Source: Devosia sp. 67-54 (GTDB lineage Bacteria > Pseudomonadota > Alphaproteobacteria > Rhizobiales > Devosiaceae). Taken from it: 64,000 nucleotides of DNA. A program made the translations under genes and the position numbers. This document shows, in pieces, positions 51,331 to 60,030 of this stretch. The notes below the pieces were generated by a model, which was not told the origin of the DNA, did no database searches, and saw only the letters and a program-made list of their open reading frames with translations. The stretch lies in contig NZ_MKVA01000002.1 of the NCBI RefSeq assembly GCF_001899075.1, positions 261,468 through 325,467 on the forward strand, read 5' to 3'. The stretch's first letter is position 1; every line of letters begins with the position of its first letter.

Positions 51331-51412
51331 CCCCCTCACCCGCTTGCTAGGCTCGCTCACGCTCGCCAAGCGCGCGACCTCTCCCCCGAGGGGAGAGGTG
51401 AGCCCGACTGTG
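51331..51412. repeat. family-B unit
   Basis: CCCCCTCACCCGCTTGCTAGGCTCGCTCACGCTCGCCAAGCGCGCGACCTCTCCCCCGAGGGGAGAGGTGAGCCCGACTG, between the convergent oxidoreductase gene and pbpC. Confidence 0.8.
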
Positions 51413-51422
51413 AGCGCGGGAG

Positions 51423-53540
51423 TCAGTCGATGAACACCTTCACCTTGTCGGAGCGGCCCTTGGCGTCGACGACGGAGAGGGTGACGTAGCCGGGGCCGTC
51501 GGGGAGCCAGGTTTCCTGGCGGGCGAAGGCGGACTGGCCGATCGGGGCGCCGTTGGCGAGGAAGGTGAAAGGTGGAACGCCGTTCCTGATCTTGATGATC
51601 AGCGGCGCGGTGTCGCCGGCGGCAACGCCGAGGTCGACGTCGACGCCGTCGGCGGGGAAGGCGATCTCCGGCGCGGCTTCTTTGGCGACCAGATTGTCGT
51701 TGGGGTGGCGGAAGCGTTTGAGCGGGGCGGGGAGCTGCGAATTGTCGGCGAACAGCACGCCGGGCGGGGCGGCGCGGAACGGCGCCATCGGCGTGGCCAT
51801 GCGGTCGAAGGCCTCGAACAGGATCGGGGCGGCGGCGGTAATGCCGGCGATGCCGGGGACCGGCGCTCCGTCGGGGCGGCCGACCCAGACGCCGATCACG
51901 GTCTTGCCGTCATAGCCCACCGCCCAGGCGTCGCGGTAGCCGTAGGAGGTGCCGGTCTTGTAGGCGATGCGTCCGGGCGAGCCGTTGAGCGGCGGCGGCA
52001 CGTCGCGCAGAATGTCGGTGACGTACCAGGCGGCGACCGGATCGAGCACCGGCGCGGCGATCGAGGCATCGGCGGGCGGCGTCACCACGCCGTCCTTGAG
52101 GTGCACCGGCGAGCCGCCGCGGCCGATGGCGGCGTAGATCGAGACGAGGTCGCGCAGCGTCACGCCGACGCCGCCGAGCCCGATGGCGAGGCCGGCGGCG
52201 GTCTCGTCGGGCAGCAGCGGATTGGCGTTGGCGCGCTTGAGGCGCGACACCAGCCGGGCAACGCCGACGGCGTCGAGCACGATCACCGCCGGCACGTTGA
52301 GCGACTGCGCCAGCGCGTCGTGGATGGTGACGGTGCCGTGGCTCAGGCTGTCGAAATTCACCGGCACGTAGCCGTGAAAGGCGGTGGGCCGGTCCTCGAT
52401 CAGCGATTGCGGATGGGCGAGGCCGAGCTCGAAGCCGAGGCCGTAGATCAACGGCTTCAGCGTCGAGCCGGGCGAGCGCACCGCCTCGGTCATGTCGACG
52501 AAGCCGGAATTGGCGGTGCCGAGATAGCCGGCGGAGCCGACCGAGGCGAGGATGTCGCCGGTGGCCTGGTCGGCGACGAGGATCGCCACCGACACCTTCG
52601 GATTGATCATCGCGGCGCGGGCGCCGGCCAGCCGCTCGAGCGCGCCCTGCAGGCGCTTGTCGACGGTGAGCCTGATCTGGCGCGCATTGGGGTGCGCGGC
52701 GACGCCCTCGTCGGCGAGGTGCGCGGCGAGCATGGGGAAGTCGCGGCGGGCGGTGGGGATCGGCTCGCGCTTGGCGGCGGCGGCTTCCTCGGCGCTGAGC
52801 ACGCCCTGGCTCACCATGCGGTCGAGCACCAGGTCGCGGCCGGCGAGCGCGGCCCTGGGGTCGCGGTCGGGACGGCGCGCCTCGGGCGATTGCGGCAGGG
52901 CCACCAGCAGCGCCGCCTCGGCGGTGGTCAGCCGCGCCGGCTCCTTGCCGAAATAGGCGAGCGAGGCGGCGCGGATGCCCTCGATGTTGCCGCCATAGGG
53001 CGCGAGGTTGAGATAGAGCGCCAGGATCTGGTCCTTGCTCAGCTTCCGCTCGAGCGCTTCGGCGTGAACGATCTGGCGGAGCTTGGCCGACCAGTCATGC
53101 GTGGGGCTCTGCTCGATCAGGCGGGCGAGCTGCATGGTGAGGGTCGAGCCGCCGGAGACGATGTGGCCGCCGGCGAGGACGAACTGGCCGGCGGCGCGCA
53201 GCATCGAGGTCCATTCGATGCCGTGATGCACCGCGAAATTGCGATCCTCGTAGGCGATCAGCATGGCGATGAAATGCCGATCCACATCCTTGAGCTGGAC
53301 GGGCAGGCGCCAGATGCCGTTGGCGGTGGTGAAGGGGCGCAGCAGCTCGCCCTGCCGGTCGACCACTTCGGTCGAGACCGCCATGGTGGCGATGTCGGGC
53401 GTGGGCGGCAGCGCCGGCGCGATGTCGCGCATGACGACATGCGCGGTCAGCAGGCCGGCGATGGCGAGGGCGCCGAGGGCGTAGGCGGCGCGGCCGGCCC
53501 ACAGCACCCAGTCGGGGTTTTTGCGGGTGGTGGTGGTCAT
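51423..53540 (-). CDS. pbpC: penicillin-binding protein 1C (transglycosylase/transpeptidase)
   Basis: 705-aa ORF. AYEDRNFAVHHG and GGSTLTMQLAR (GT51 motifs), SPGSTLKP (SxxK). Downstream of the alpha-2-macroglobulin gene. Confidence 0.9.
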   Translation of the reverse strand: MTTTTRKNPDWVLWAGRAAYALGALAIAGLLTAHVVMRDIAPALPPTPDIATMAVSTEVVDRQGELLRPFTTANGIWRLPVQLKDVDRHFIAMLIAYEDRNFAVHHGIEWTSMLRAAGQFVLAGGHIVSGGSTLTMQLARLIEQSPTHDWSAKLRQIVHAEALERKLSKDQILALYLNLAPYGGNIEGIRAASLAYFGKEPARLTTAEAALLVALPQSPEARRPDRDPRAALAGRDLVLDRMVSQGVLSAEEAAAAKREPIPTARRDFPMLAAHLADEGVAAHPNARQIRLTVDKRLQGALERLAGARAAMINPKVSVAILVADQATGDILASVGSAGYLGTANSGFVDMTEAVRSPGSTLKPLIYGLGFELGLAHPQSLIEDRPTAFHGYVPVNFDSLSHGTVTIHDALAQSLNVPAVIVLDAVGVARLVSRLKRANANPLLPDETAAGLAIGLGGVGVTLRDLVSIYAAIGRGGSPVHLKDGVVTPPADASIAAPVLDPVAAWYVTDILRDVPPPLNGSPGRIAYKTGTSYGYRDAWAVGYDGKTVIGVWVGRPDGAPVPGIAGITAAAPILFEAFDRMATPMAPFRAAPPGVLFADNSQLPAPLKRFRHPNDNLVAKEAAPEIAFPADGVDVDLGVAAGDTAPLIIKIRNGVPPFTFLANGAPIGQSAFARQETWLPDGPGYVTLSVVDAKGRSDKVKVFID

Positions 53541-53558
53541 GGGGCGGCGCCGGTGCTT

Positions 53559-53600
53559 GTGGCCCCCACCCCCGGCCCCTCCCCGCAGGGGGGAGGGGAG
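53559..53600 (+). repeat. family-A REP-like unit
   Basis: Unit between the alpha-2-macroglobulin gene and pbpC. Confidence 0.85.
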
Positions 53601-53619
53601 CAGAGGCGGCCGTGATCGC

Positions 53620-56600
53620 TCACTGGGACGATCCCGGGGTCTTGACGGTCAGGGTACCGCTGGCGGTGTTGGCGCGGAACTCCGGCCGGTACATGTCCTC
53701 GATGGTGGCGCCTGGCAGCACGAATTTGCCGGGCGAGACGGCGCGGACCATGTAGGCGGTCGAGAAATCGTCGGCGTCCTCGACGTAGCGGAAGGCGGCG
53801 ACGTACTGGTCGGTGCGCGATTCCACATGCGTCGGGGTGTCGACGGTGAGCCAGCTCAGATCTGCCACGCCCTGCGACGCGCTCAGATCCGGGTTCTCGA
53901 TCTCGAAGCCGGCGGGCAGCGGATCGGCCACCAGATACTGGCCGGAGCCGAGCTGCTTCGCTGTCATCGACAGCACCACGACGAAGCGGTCGTTCTGGTG
54001 CACGTCGGCCATGTCGGCCTCGGTGCCGTCGGGCAGGTAGTAGCTGCGCTCGATGGTGAAGCCGTTGCTCGCGGCCTTGGGCGGCGCCGACGGGATGCCG
54101 GTCACCGAGAGCTTCAGCTCGGTGGCGGTGTTGCCGTTGTTGACGATGGTCACGGCGGCTTTGTCGAAATGCTCCTGCTGGTAGCGCTGGTACACGGTTC
54201 CGGTCAGGGGCGTGCCGTCGATGCTGATGCTGCCCGAGCTCGCCTGCTGCTGCAGGCCGGCGGCGGCCAGCAGGGTCTGGGCATCCTCCTGCGTCGAGGT
54301 CCACTTCTTGCCGTCGCGGAGCGCGGCAAGCTGCTGGGCCAGGGCCGAGAGGTCGATGCCCGCGGGCGTGAACTCGGCGGCGAGCGCCAGCACGCCGGCG
54401 GTGTCGCGGAGCTGGCTGCCATAATCGGAGCGCCAGTGCTTGGGGTTGTCCGGGGTCTTGAGCCCGACGCGCGCCGCCTCGAAGGCTTCGGCGGCACGGC
54501 TGCGGTCGCCATAGAGGGCGAGCGCGGCGCCGAGCTGGGCCTGCGCCAGAGGCGAGCCGAAATTGTCGAGCTTGGCCTCGAGGTAGTAGCGCAGATCGCC
54601 GATCGCGGCGCGGCTGCCGCGCGCGAGATCGTAGAGCGCGTAGGCGAGGTCTTCGCCGCCGTGGTCGAAGTCGGAGGCCGACGACACCTGGTTGCCGAGG
54701 TTGTCGAGGGCGTTCGACAGCGCCTGCTCCGGCACCGCGAAGCCCTTGGCCCTGGCGCGCAGCAGGAAGTCGGTGACGTAGCTGTCGAGCCAGAGGTCGG
54801 TCTGGTCGAACGGCCCCCACAGGCCGAAGCCGCCGGTCGAGGTCTGGTGCGTCAGCAGATCGGCGATGGCGTCGACGACGCGCTGGTGCAGGGCGGCATC
54901 GGTGCCGAGGCCGAGCGAGGCCGCGACGTCGTTGAGATAGAGCAGCGGCAGAGCGCGGCTCGTCACCTGCTCGGCGCAGCCATAGGGGTAGCGGTCGAGA
55001 TGGTCGAGCAGATTGGGCACGTCGAGGCGGGCGATCGGGCCGACCGCGAAGCTGAGCTCGGCGGTATGGGCGATCATGTTGGCGAACCGCTCCTTGTCGA
55101 GGACGATCGTCTGCCCCGGCTCGATCGGAATCAGGCTGCTCACCGTCTGCGGCGGGGCCGCGGCACGGACGCCGAGCGTCAAATCCTTGATCTGCTGCAC
55201 GCCGTCGGGCTGGGTGACGATGACCTTGAGGGTCTGGTCGCCGAGGCCGGTGCCGGTGAGCCCGAGATTCAGGGCGTTGCGGCCGCCGGCTGCGAGGTCG
55301 AAATTCGTAACCTTGGCGTCGGTCGCAAGACCTTCGCCGGGAACGAGCTCGACCTTGTAGGTGCCGGCCGGACCCGAGACGTTGGTGACCTCGACCAGGA
55401 GGCGCGAGGTGTCGTCCATGCGCAGGAAGCGCGGTGGGCTCAGCGTCACCACCACCGGATCGTGCACCACCACGTCGGCCGAGGCGTGGCCCACGGCGGC
55501 GTCGGTCCAGGCCATGGCCATCACCCGCACCGTGCCCGAGAAGTCGGGCATGTCGAAGGTGACGGTGGCGGTGCCGTCGGCGCCGACCTCGACCACGCCG
55601 GAATGCAGCGCGACGAGCACTGAGGTGGCCGGCGGGGTGCCGAGGCGGGAGGCCGCCTCGTCGCCGCCGGAGCGGACGGCGCCGAGGATGCCCTGGGTCG
55701 GGTCGATCAACTGGCCGTAGAGGTCGCGGAACTCGACGCCGAGCTGGCGCTGGCCGAAATACCAGCCGTCCGGATCGGGCACCGCGAAATGGGTGAGGTT
55801 GAGGATGCCGAGATCGACGGCGGCCACGGCCACATAGGCCTTGGTGCCGGCGGGCACGTTGCCGAGCTTGAGCGTGGTGGTGAAGCTGGTACGCGGCGTC
55901 GCCTCCTTCGGCGCGGTCATCGTAACGTCGAGCTTCAGATCACCCGGATCGACGTCGGCGAAGGCGAGGCCGAGGGCGCGCGCCGGCATGCGCTTTTCGG
56001 CCGCCGAGGCGGGACGATAGAGCGTCGCCGTGACATAGGCGCCCGGACCCCAATCGGCGGTCACCGGCAGGTCGACCGTGGTGCCGCCGGCCGGTACGTC
56101 CACCGCCTGCATGGCGATGATGCGGTTGTCGACCACCATCACCAGCGCGGTGCCGGCGAATTGCGGGTCGAGCCTGAGATGGGCGGTGTCGCCGAGCTTG
56201 TAGGCGGGCTTGTCGAGCGCGACCTTCAGCGTGTCGGGGGTGTCCGAGCCGGCCTCGGAATAATAGTAGCCGGCGTAGAACGAATAGCTGGACGAGGTCG
56301 AGCCGTCAGCGGCGGTGACTTCGAGCAGATACTGGCCCCATTGCACCGGCGCGGCGACGGTCACCGGGCCGGTGGCATTGGTGTCGACGGTGCCGTTGGC
56401 GACCCGGTTGGTGGTCGTCACGTTCTCCCATTTCCACACGCCGTTGTCGCGGTACCATTGATAGGTGCTGTCGATCTTGCTCAGCGTCCAGTTCAGGCCG
56501 CTCATGGCGGTGAGCTTGTTGTCCGGATCGACCGCGATGACGTCGAAGCCGGCGTTCGTGCCCTGCTGGATGCCGCTGGCGTCGGCGAATTGCGGCTTGA

Positions 56601-59130
56601 GGCCGATGCGGTTGCCGCCGGCCATCACCGGGCGCGAGATGGTGCGCTCGACGGTGCGGCCATTGGTGTCGACCAGCCGCAGGATCACGTCGGCCTCGAG
56701 CGGCCGCGTGGTCGATTGCGGATCGGGCAGGGTCACCTCGGCGGTGGCGTTGCCGGAGTCGTCGGTGGTGCCGACGACGCCGAGCGGCTCGCGGTCGGTC
56801 TGGATGGTGTCGTCGGTGCGCCCGAAGGTGTAGCCGGCAAAGCCCTTGATGGTGGTCACCGGGCGGATCACGGCGTCGGCCTCGATGGCGAGGTTGGGGG
56901 CGGTGGCGCCGTAGAGATATTTGGCGGCGACGTCGATGGCGTTGGGCTCGCCGGTCTTGAACGGCGCGTTGGGGGCGCTGATGTCGAAGGCCAGGCGCTC
57001 GGGCTCGAAATCCTCGACGAGGAAGGTCACGGTGTCGAGGGCGCGGGCCTTGGGATCGGCATAGAGCCGGAGCGTCCAGGCGCCGCGCATGGCGTTGCCG
57101 TCGAGGGCCAGGGCCTTGAAATAGCTGCCGGCGCCCCGGTCGGTCAGCACCTCGTGGCTGGCGACCACGCCGTCCGGGCGCTCGACATCGAGGGTCAGCG
57201 GCAGATTGGTGACGGCCTTGACGTGCGGGTCGCGCAGCAGGGCGGTGAGGAACACCGTTTCACCCGGCCGGTAGACGCCGCGCTCGGTGGTGGCGAAGAG
57301 GTCGAGCGGGCCGGGCGAGGGACGGCCCTCGACGCCGCGATCGGTGAGGTCGAAGGCAGGCTTGGACACGTCGAGGAAGGCGTAGTCGCCGGCCGCCGTC
57401 TCGGTGACCAGCAATTGCGGCGCACGGCCGCCGTCGCCGCGGGCGAGGCCCGGCGCGAACACGGCTTCGCCATTGGCGTCGGTGGTCGATTCGCCGAGGA
57501 TCTCGTTGTTGACCGCGACGAGGCGGACCTTGGCATCGGCGACGGGCTGCGCGCTGGTCAGCGAGCGCACGAAGGCGTGGACGCCGTCATCGCCCGACAC
57601 CGTGGTGAGGCCGAGATCGGTGACGATGAACCACTGCGTGGCGAGGTCGTTCCAATAGTCCTGGGACTTGTCGCCGGTGACCTTGGCGGTGACCACATAG
57701 GCGCCCGGCTCGATGTTCGGCAGCGCGTCCTTCACCGGGATGGCGGTGGTCACCATGGCGTTGTTGGCGCCGGCGGCGAGGTCGACCGTGCCGGTCCAGA
57801 CCTTTTCGCCATACTGGTTGGCGACGTCCTCGGCGGAATAGCCGGTGAGCGTGCCCTTGAAGATACCGTTGCGGACGGCAGTGGCGATGGAGCGGTCGCC
57901 GATGCGGTAGATCACCACGTCGGCCGATTTGGCGTTGACCGAGGTGATCGGCAGGCCGCCGCCGAGGCCGGCGGGCAGCACGTAGGCGTTGTTGGCGAAG
58001 CCGACGAAGGGCGAGCGGTCGGCGACATAGATGTCGAGCTCGACGTCCTTGCCGAGCTTCTCGTTGTCGGCCGAGGGCAGGCCGGCGCGCACCTTCACGT
58101 GGTAGCGCTTGCCGTGCTCGACGCCGGTCAGGCAGATCTGCGACTCGCCGGTCTCGACGGCGATGTTGCTGGCGCCGTCGACGACGACGTAACCCGACAG
58201 GTCGGTCTTGCCGCGCGGCAGCGGGGTGGAGAAATTGATGCAGATGCGCGGGTCGGCCGCCTCGGCGTCGACATCGTTGCCGGTGATGCGGAAGCCGTGC
58301 TGCGCCACGGCGTCGTCGAGCCGCTTCTGCAGCGCCGCGTCGTCGACGAGGGCGAGGCTGCTGCGGTAGGTCTGGATGGCCTCGCGCCACATCTCGCGGC
58401 GCTCGAGCGCGTGGGCGAGCGCCCCCATGGCGGCGGCGCGGCCGGCCTTGTCGGCGTCGGGCGTCTGGATGAAGGCCATCAGCGCGGCGTAGCTCGCGGT
58501 CGAGCCCAGATCGTAGGTGTCGGAGGAATTCTGCGCGTCGTAGGCGGCGTCGGCCTGCGCCAAAGTGGCGTTGGCGAGCTTCAGCCAGACGGCGGGGTCG
58601 TTCTTGTTGAGCGCCAGCGCCTGCCGGTAGGAGACGGCGGCGCCCGCCGGGTTCTGCTGTTCGGTGCCGACGTCGCCGGCCTTTACCAGATCGGCATAGG
58701 CCAGATCCTTGGGCGGCGGATTGGTGGCCGGCAATTGCGAGGCGAAATATCTGGCGGAGGACAGGAGGTCCTGCGCCGGGAAGGGCAGCTCGCCCAGCCG
58801 CGCCGCTTCGATGTCGGCGGGCGCCGGCGTCATGGCGATGGTGCCGGAGGTGGCGCCCTTGAAGTCGGCCGGGGTGGCCGGCACGTCGCCCTTCAGGAAG
58901 CACCATTTGGTCTTGCTGTTGAAGGTGAAGGCGCGGCAGAGGTCATCGCCGACGCAGGCCGCCTGGCACTTGTCGAGGGTCGTGCCCTTGCTGATCGAGT
59001 AGTCGAAGCCCGGCAGGTCCTTGTCCTTGAGCAGGGTGACGCTGCGGTCGGCCGCCAGCGGCGAGCCCACGGCGAACGCAAGGACGACGACAACTTCCAG
59101 CCACACGGCCAGCCGAGCAAGACGCTGCAT
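53620..59130 (-). CDS. alpha-2-macroglobulin family protein with an N-terminal PAN/Apple domain
   Basis: 1836-aa ORF. Signal peptide. Four-Cys PAN pattern LDKCQAACVGDDLCRAFTFNSKTKWCFLKG (about 58876..59043). Thioester motif YPYGCAEQ (CAEQ codons at 54967..54978). Confidence 0.9.
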   Translation of the reverse strand: MQRLARLAVWLEVVVVLAFAVGSPLAADRSVTLLKDKDLPGFDYSISKGTTLDKCQAACVGDDLCRAFTFNSKTKWCFLKGDVPATPADFKGATSGTIAMTPAPADIEAARLGELPFPAQDLLSSARYFASQLPATNPPPKDLAYADLVKAGDVGTEQQNPAGAAVSYRQALALNKNDPAVWLKLANATLAQADAAYDAQNSSDTYDLGSTASYAALMAFIQTPDADKAGRAAAMGALAHALERREMWREAIQTYRSSLALVDDAALQKRLDDAVAQHGFRITGNDVDAEAADPRICINFSTPLPRGKTDLSGYVVVDGASNIAVETGESQICLTGVEHGKRYHVKVRAGLPSADNEKLGKDVELDIYVADRSPFVGFANNAYVLPAGLGGGLPITSVNAKSADVVIYRIGDRSIATAVRNGIFKGTLTGYSAEDVANQYGEKVWTGTVDLAAGANNAMVTTAIPVKDALPNIEPGAYVVTAKVTGDKSQDYWNDLATQWFIVTDLGLTTVSGDDGVHAFVRSLTSAQPVADAKVRLVAVNNEILGESTTDANGEAVFAPGLARGDGGRAPQLLVTETAAGDYAFLDVSKPAFDLTDRGVEGRPSPGPLDLFATTERGVYRPGETVFLTALLRDPHVKAVTNLPLTLDVERPDGVVASHEVLTDRGAGSYFKALALDGNAMRGAWTLRLYADPKARALDTVTFLVEDFEPERLAFDISAPNAPFKTGEPNAIDVAAKYLYGATAPNLAIEADAVIRPVTTIKGFAGYTFGRTDDTIQTDREPLGVVGTTDDSGNATAEVTLPDPQSTTRPLEADVILRLVDTNGRTVERTISRPVMAGGNRIGLKPQFADASGIQQGTNAGFDVIAVDPDNKLTAMSGLNWTLSKIDSTYQWYRDNGVWKWENVTTTNRVANGTVDTNATGPVTVAAPVQWGQYLLEVTAADGSTSSSYSFYAGYYYSEAGSDTPDTLKVALDKPAYKLGDTAHLRLDPQFAGTALVMVVDNRIIAMQAVDVPAGGTTVDLPVTADWGPGAYVTATLYRPASAAEKRMPARALGLAFADVDPGDLKLDVTMTAPKEATPRTSFTTTLKLGNVPAGTKAYVAVAAVDLGILNLTHFAVPDPDGWYFGQRQLGVEFRDLYGQLIDPTQGILGAVRSGGDEAASRLGTPPATSVLVALHSGVVEVGADGTATVTFDMPDFSGTVRVMAMAWTDAAVGHASADVVVHDPVVVTLSPPRFLRMDDTSRLLVEVTNVSGPAGTYKVELVPGEGLATDAKVTNFDLAAGGRNALNLGLTGTGLGDQTLKVIVTQPDGVQQIKDLTLGVRAAAPPQTVSSLIPIEPGQTIVLDKERFANMIAHTAELSFAVGPIARLDVPNLLDHLDRYPYGCAEQVTSRALPLLYLNDVAASLGLGTDAALHQRVVDAIADLLTHQTSTGGFGLWGPFDQTDLWLDSYVTDFLLRARAKGFAVPEQALSNALDNLGNQVSSASDFDHGGEDLAYALYDLARGSRAAIGDLRYYLEAKLDNFGSPLAQAQLGAALALYGDRSRAAEAFEAARVGLKTPDNPKHWRSDYGSQLRDTAGVLALAAEFTPAGIDLSALAQQLAALRDGKKWTSTQEDAQTLLAAAGLQQQASSGSISIDGTPLTGTVYQRYQQEHFDKAAVTIVNNGNTATELKLSVTGIPSAPPKAASNGFTIERSYYLPDGTEADMADVHQNDRFVVVLSMTAKQLGSGQYLVADPLPAGFEIENPDLSASQGVADLSWLTVDTPTHVESRTDQYVAAFRYVEDADDFSTAYMVRAVSPGKFVLPGATIEDMYRPEFRANTASGTLTVKTPGSSQ

Positions 59131-59361
59131 TTCAGTTTTCCCTCACTACCCCAGGCGCGTTGCACCGCATTATTGCGGCAATTGTTGGCAGAGCGCGCGA
59201 TTTATAGAGTCATCACAATGGTTTCGCCGTGATGACAGAGCGAAGCTGAACGCAAGCTAAATGTGTCCGGACAATTGCACGCCTCTTCCGGCGGGGGGCG
59301 TCCCCGGCTTGGCAAGCGGCGCGCCGCCGCTATAAGGGCGCGAGCCTCCGGAGGATCCGTC

Positions 59362-59910
59362 ATGCATGCCACGCCGCTCGCGATCGCCGACGTCGTCCTG
59401 CTCGAGCCCAGGGTGTTCGAGGATGCGCGCGGGCATTTCTACGAGAGCTTCAATGCGCGCAGCTTCGCCGAGGCGATCGGGCGGCCGGTGGAGTTTGCGC
59501 AGGACAACCAGTCGCTGTCGCGGCGGGGCGTGGTGCGCGGGCTGCACTACCAGCTCGATCCGGCGCCGCAGGGCAAGCTGATCCGGGTGGTGACGGGCGA
59601 GATCTTCGACGTCGCGGTCGATGTGCGCCGCTCGTCGCCGACCTACGGGCAGTGGGTGGGCGAAGTGCTCAGCGCCACGAACAAGCGGCAGCTCTGGATC
59701 CCGGCGGGCTTCGCGCATGGCTTCATGGCGCTCGCCGACGGCACCGAGGTGCTCTACAAGGCCACCGATTTCTACAACAAGGCGGCGGAGCGGGCGATCG
59801 TGTGGAACGATCCGCAGATCGGCATCGCCTGGCCGGCGACGGTCGCGCCGGTGCTGTCGGACAAGGACGCGGTGGCGCCGCGCTTCGCCGACGCCGAGAC
59901 CTTCGCATAG
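59362..59910 (+). CDS. rfbC: dTDP-4-dehydrorhamnose 3,5-epimerase
   Basis: ATG 59362 inside track ORF 59263..59910, GGAGGA SD. FEDARGHFYESF, RGLHYQ, FDVAVDVRRSSPTYGQW, LWIPAGFAHGF. Confidence 0.88.
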   Translation: MHATPLAIADVVLLEPRVFEDARGHFYESFNARSFAEAIGRPVEFAQDNQSLSRRGVVRGLHYQLDPAPQGKLIRVVTGEIFDVAVDVRRSSPTYGQWVGEVLSATNKRQLWIPAGFAHGFMALADGTEVLYKATDFYNKAAERAIVWNDPQIGIAWPATVAPVLSDKDAVAPRFADAETFA

Positions 59911-59932
59911 AGCAGGCCCGGCCACCAAACCC

Positions 59933-59960
59933 CCGTGGCGCCGCCACGGCTCGGCCTTTC
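59933..59960 (+). terminator. possible terminator hairpin after rfbC
   Basis: CCGTGGC-GCC-GCCACGG, then CTCGGCCTTTCTC. The T tract is weak. Confidence 0.35.
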
Positions 59961-60030
59961 TCCCGCCCGCATCGCCATGCTAGCGTTTTGCCAGGGGCCG
60001 GGCTCGGTCCGATCATTTGGGGATGACGTC

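Noticed and set aside
59180-59200. TTGGCAGAGCGCGCG as a sigma-54 promoter
   Set aside because: It lacks the TTGC element at the required spacing after TGGCA.
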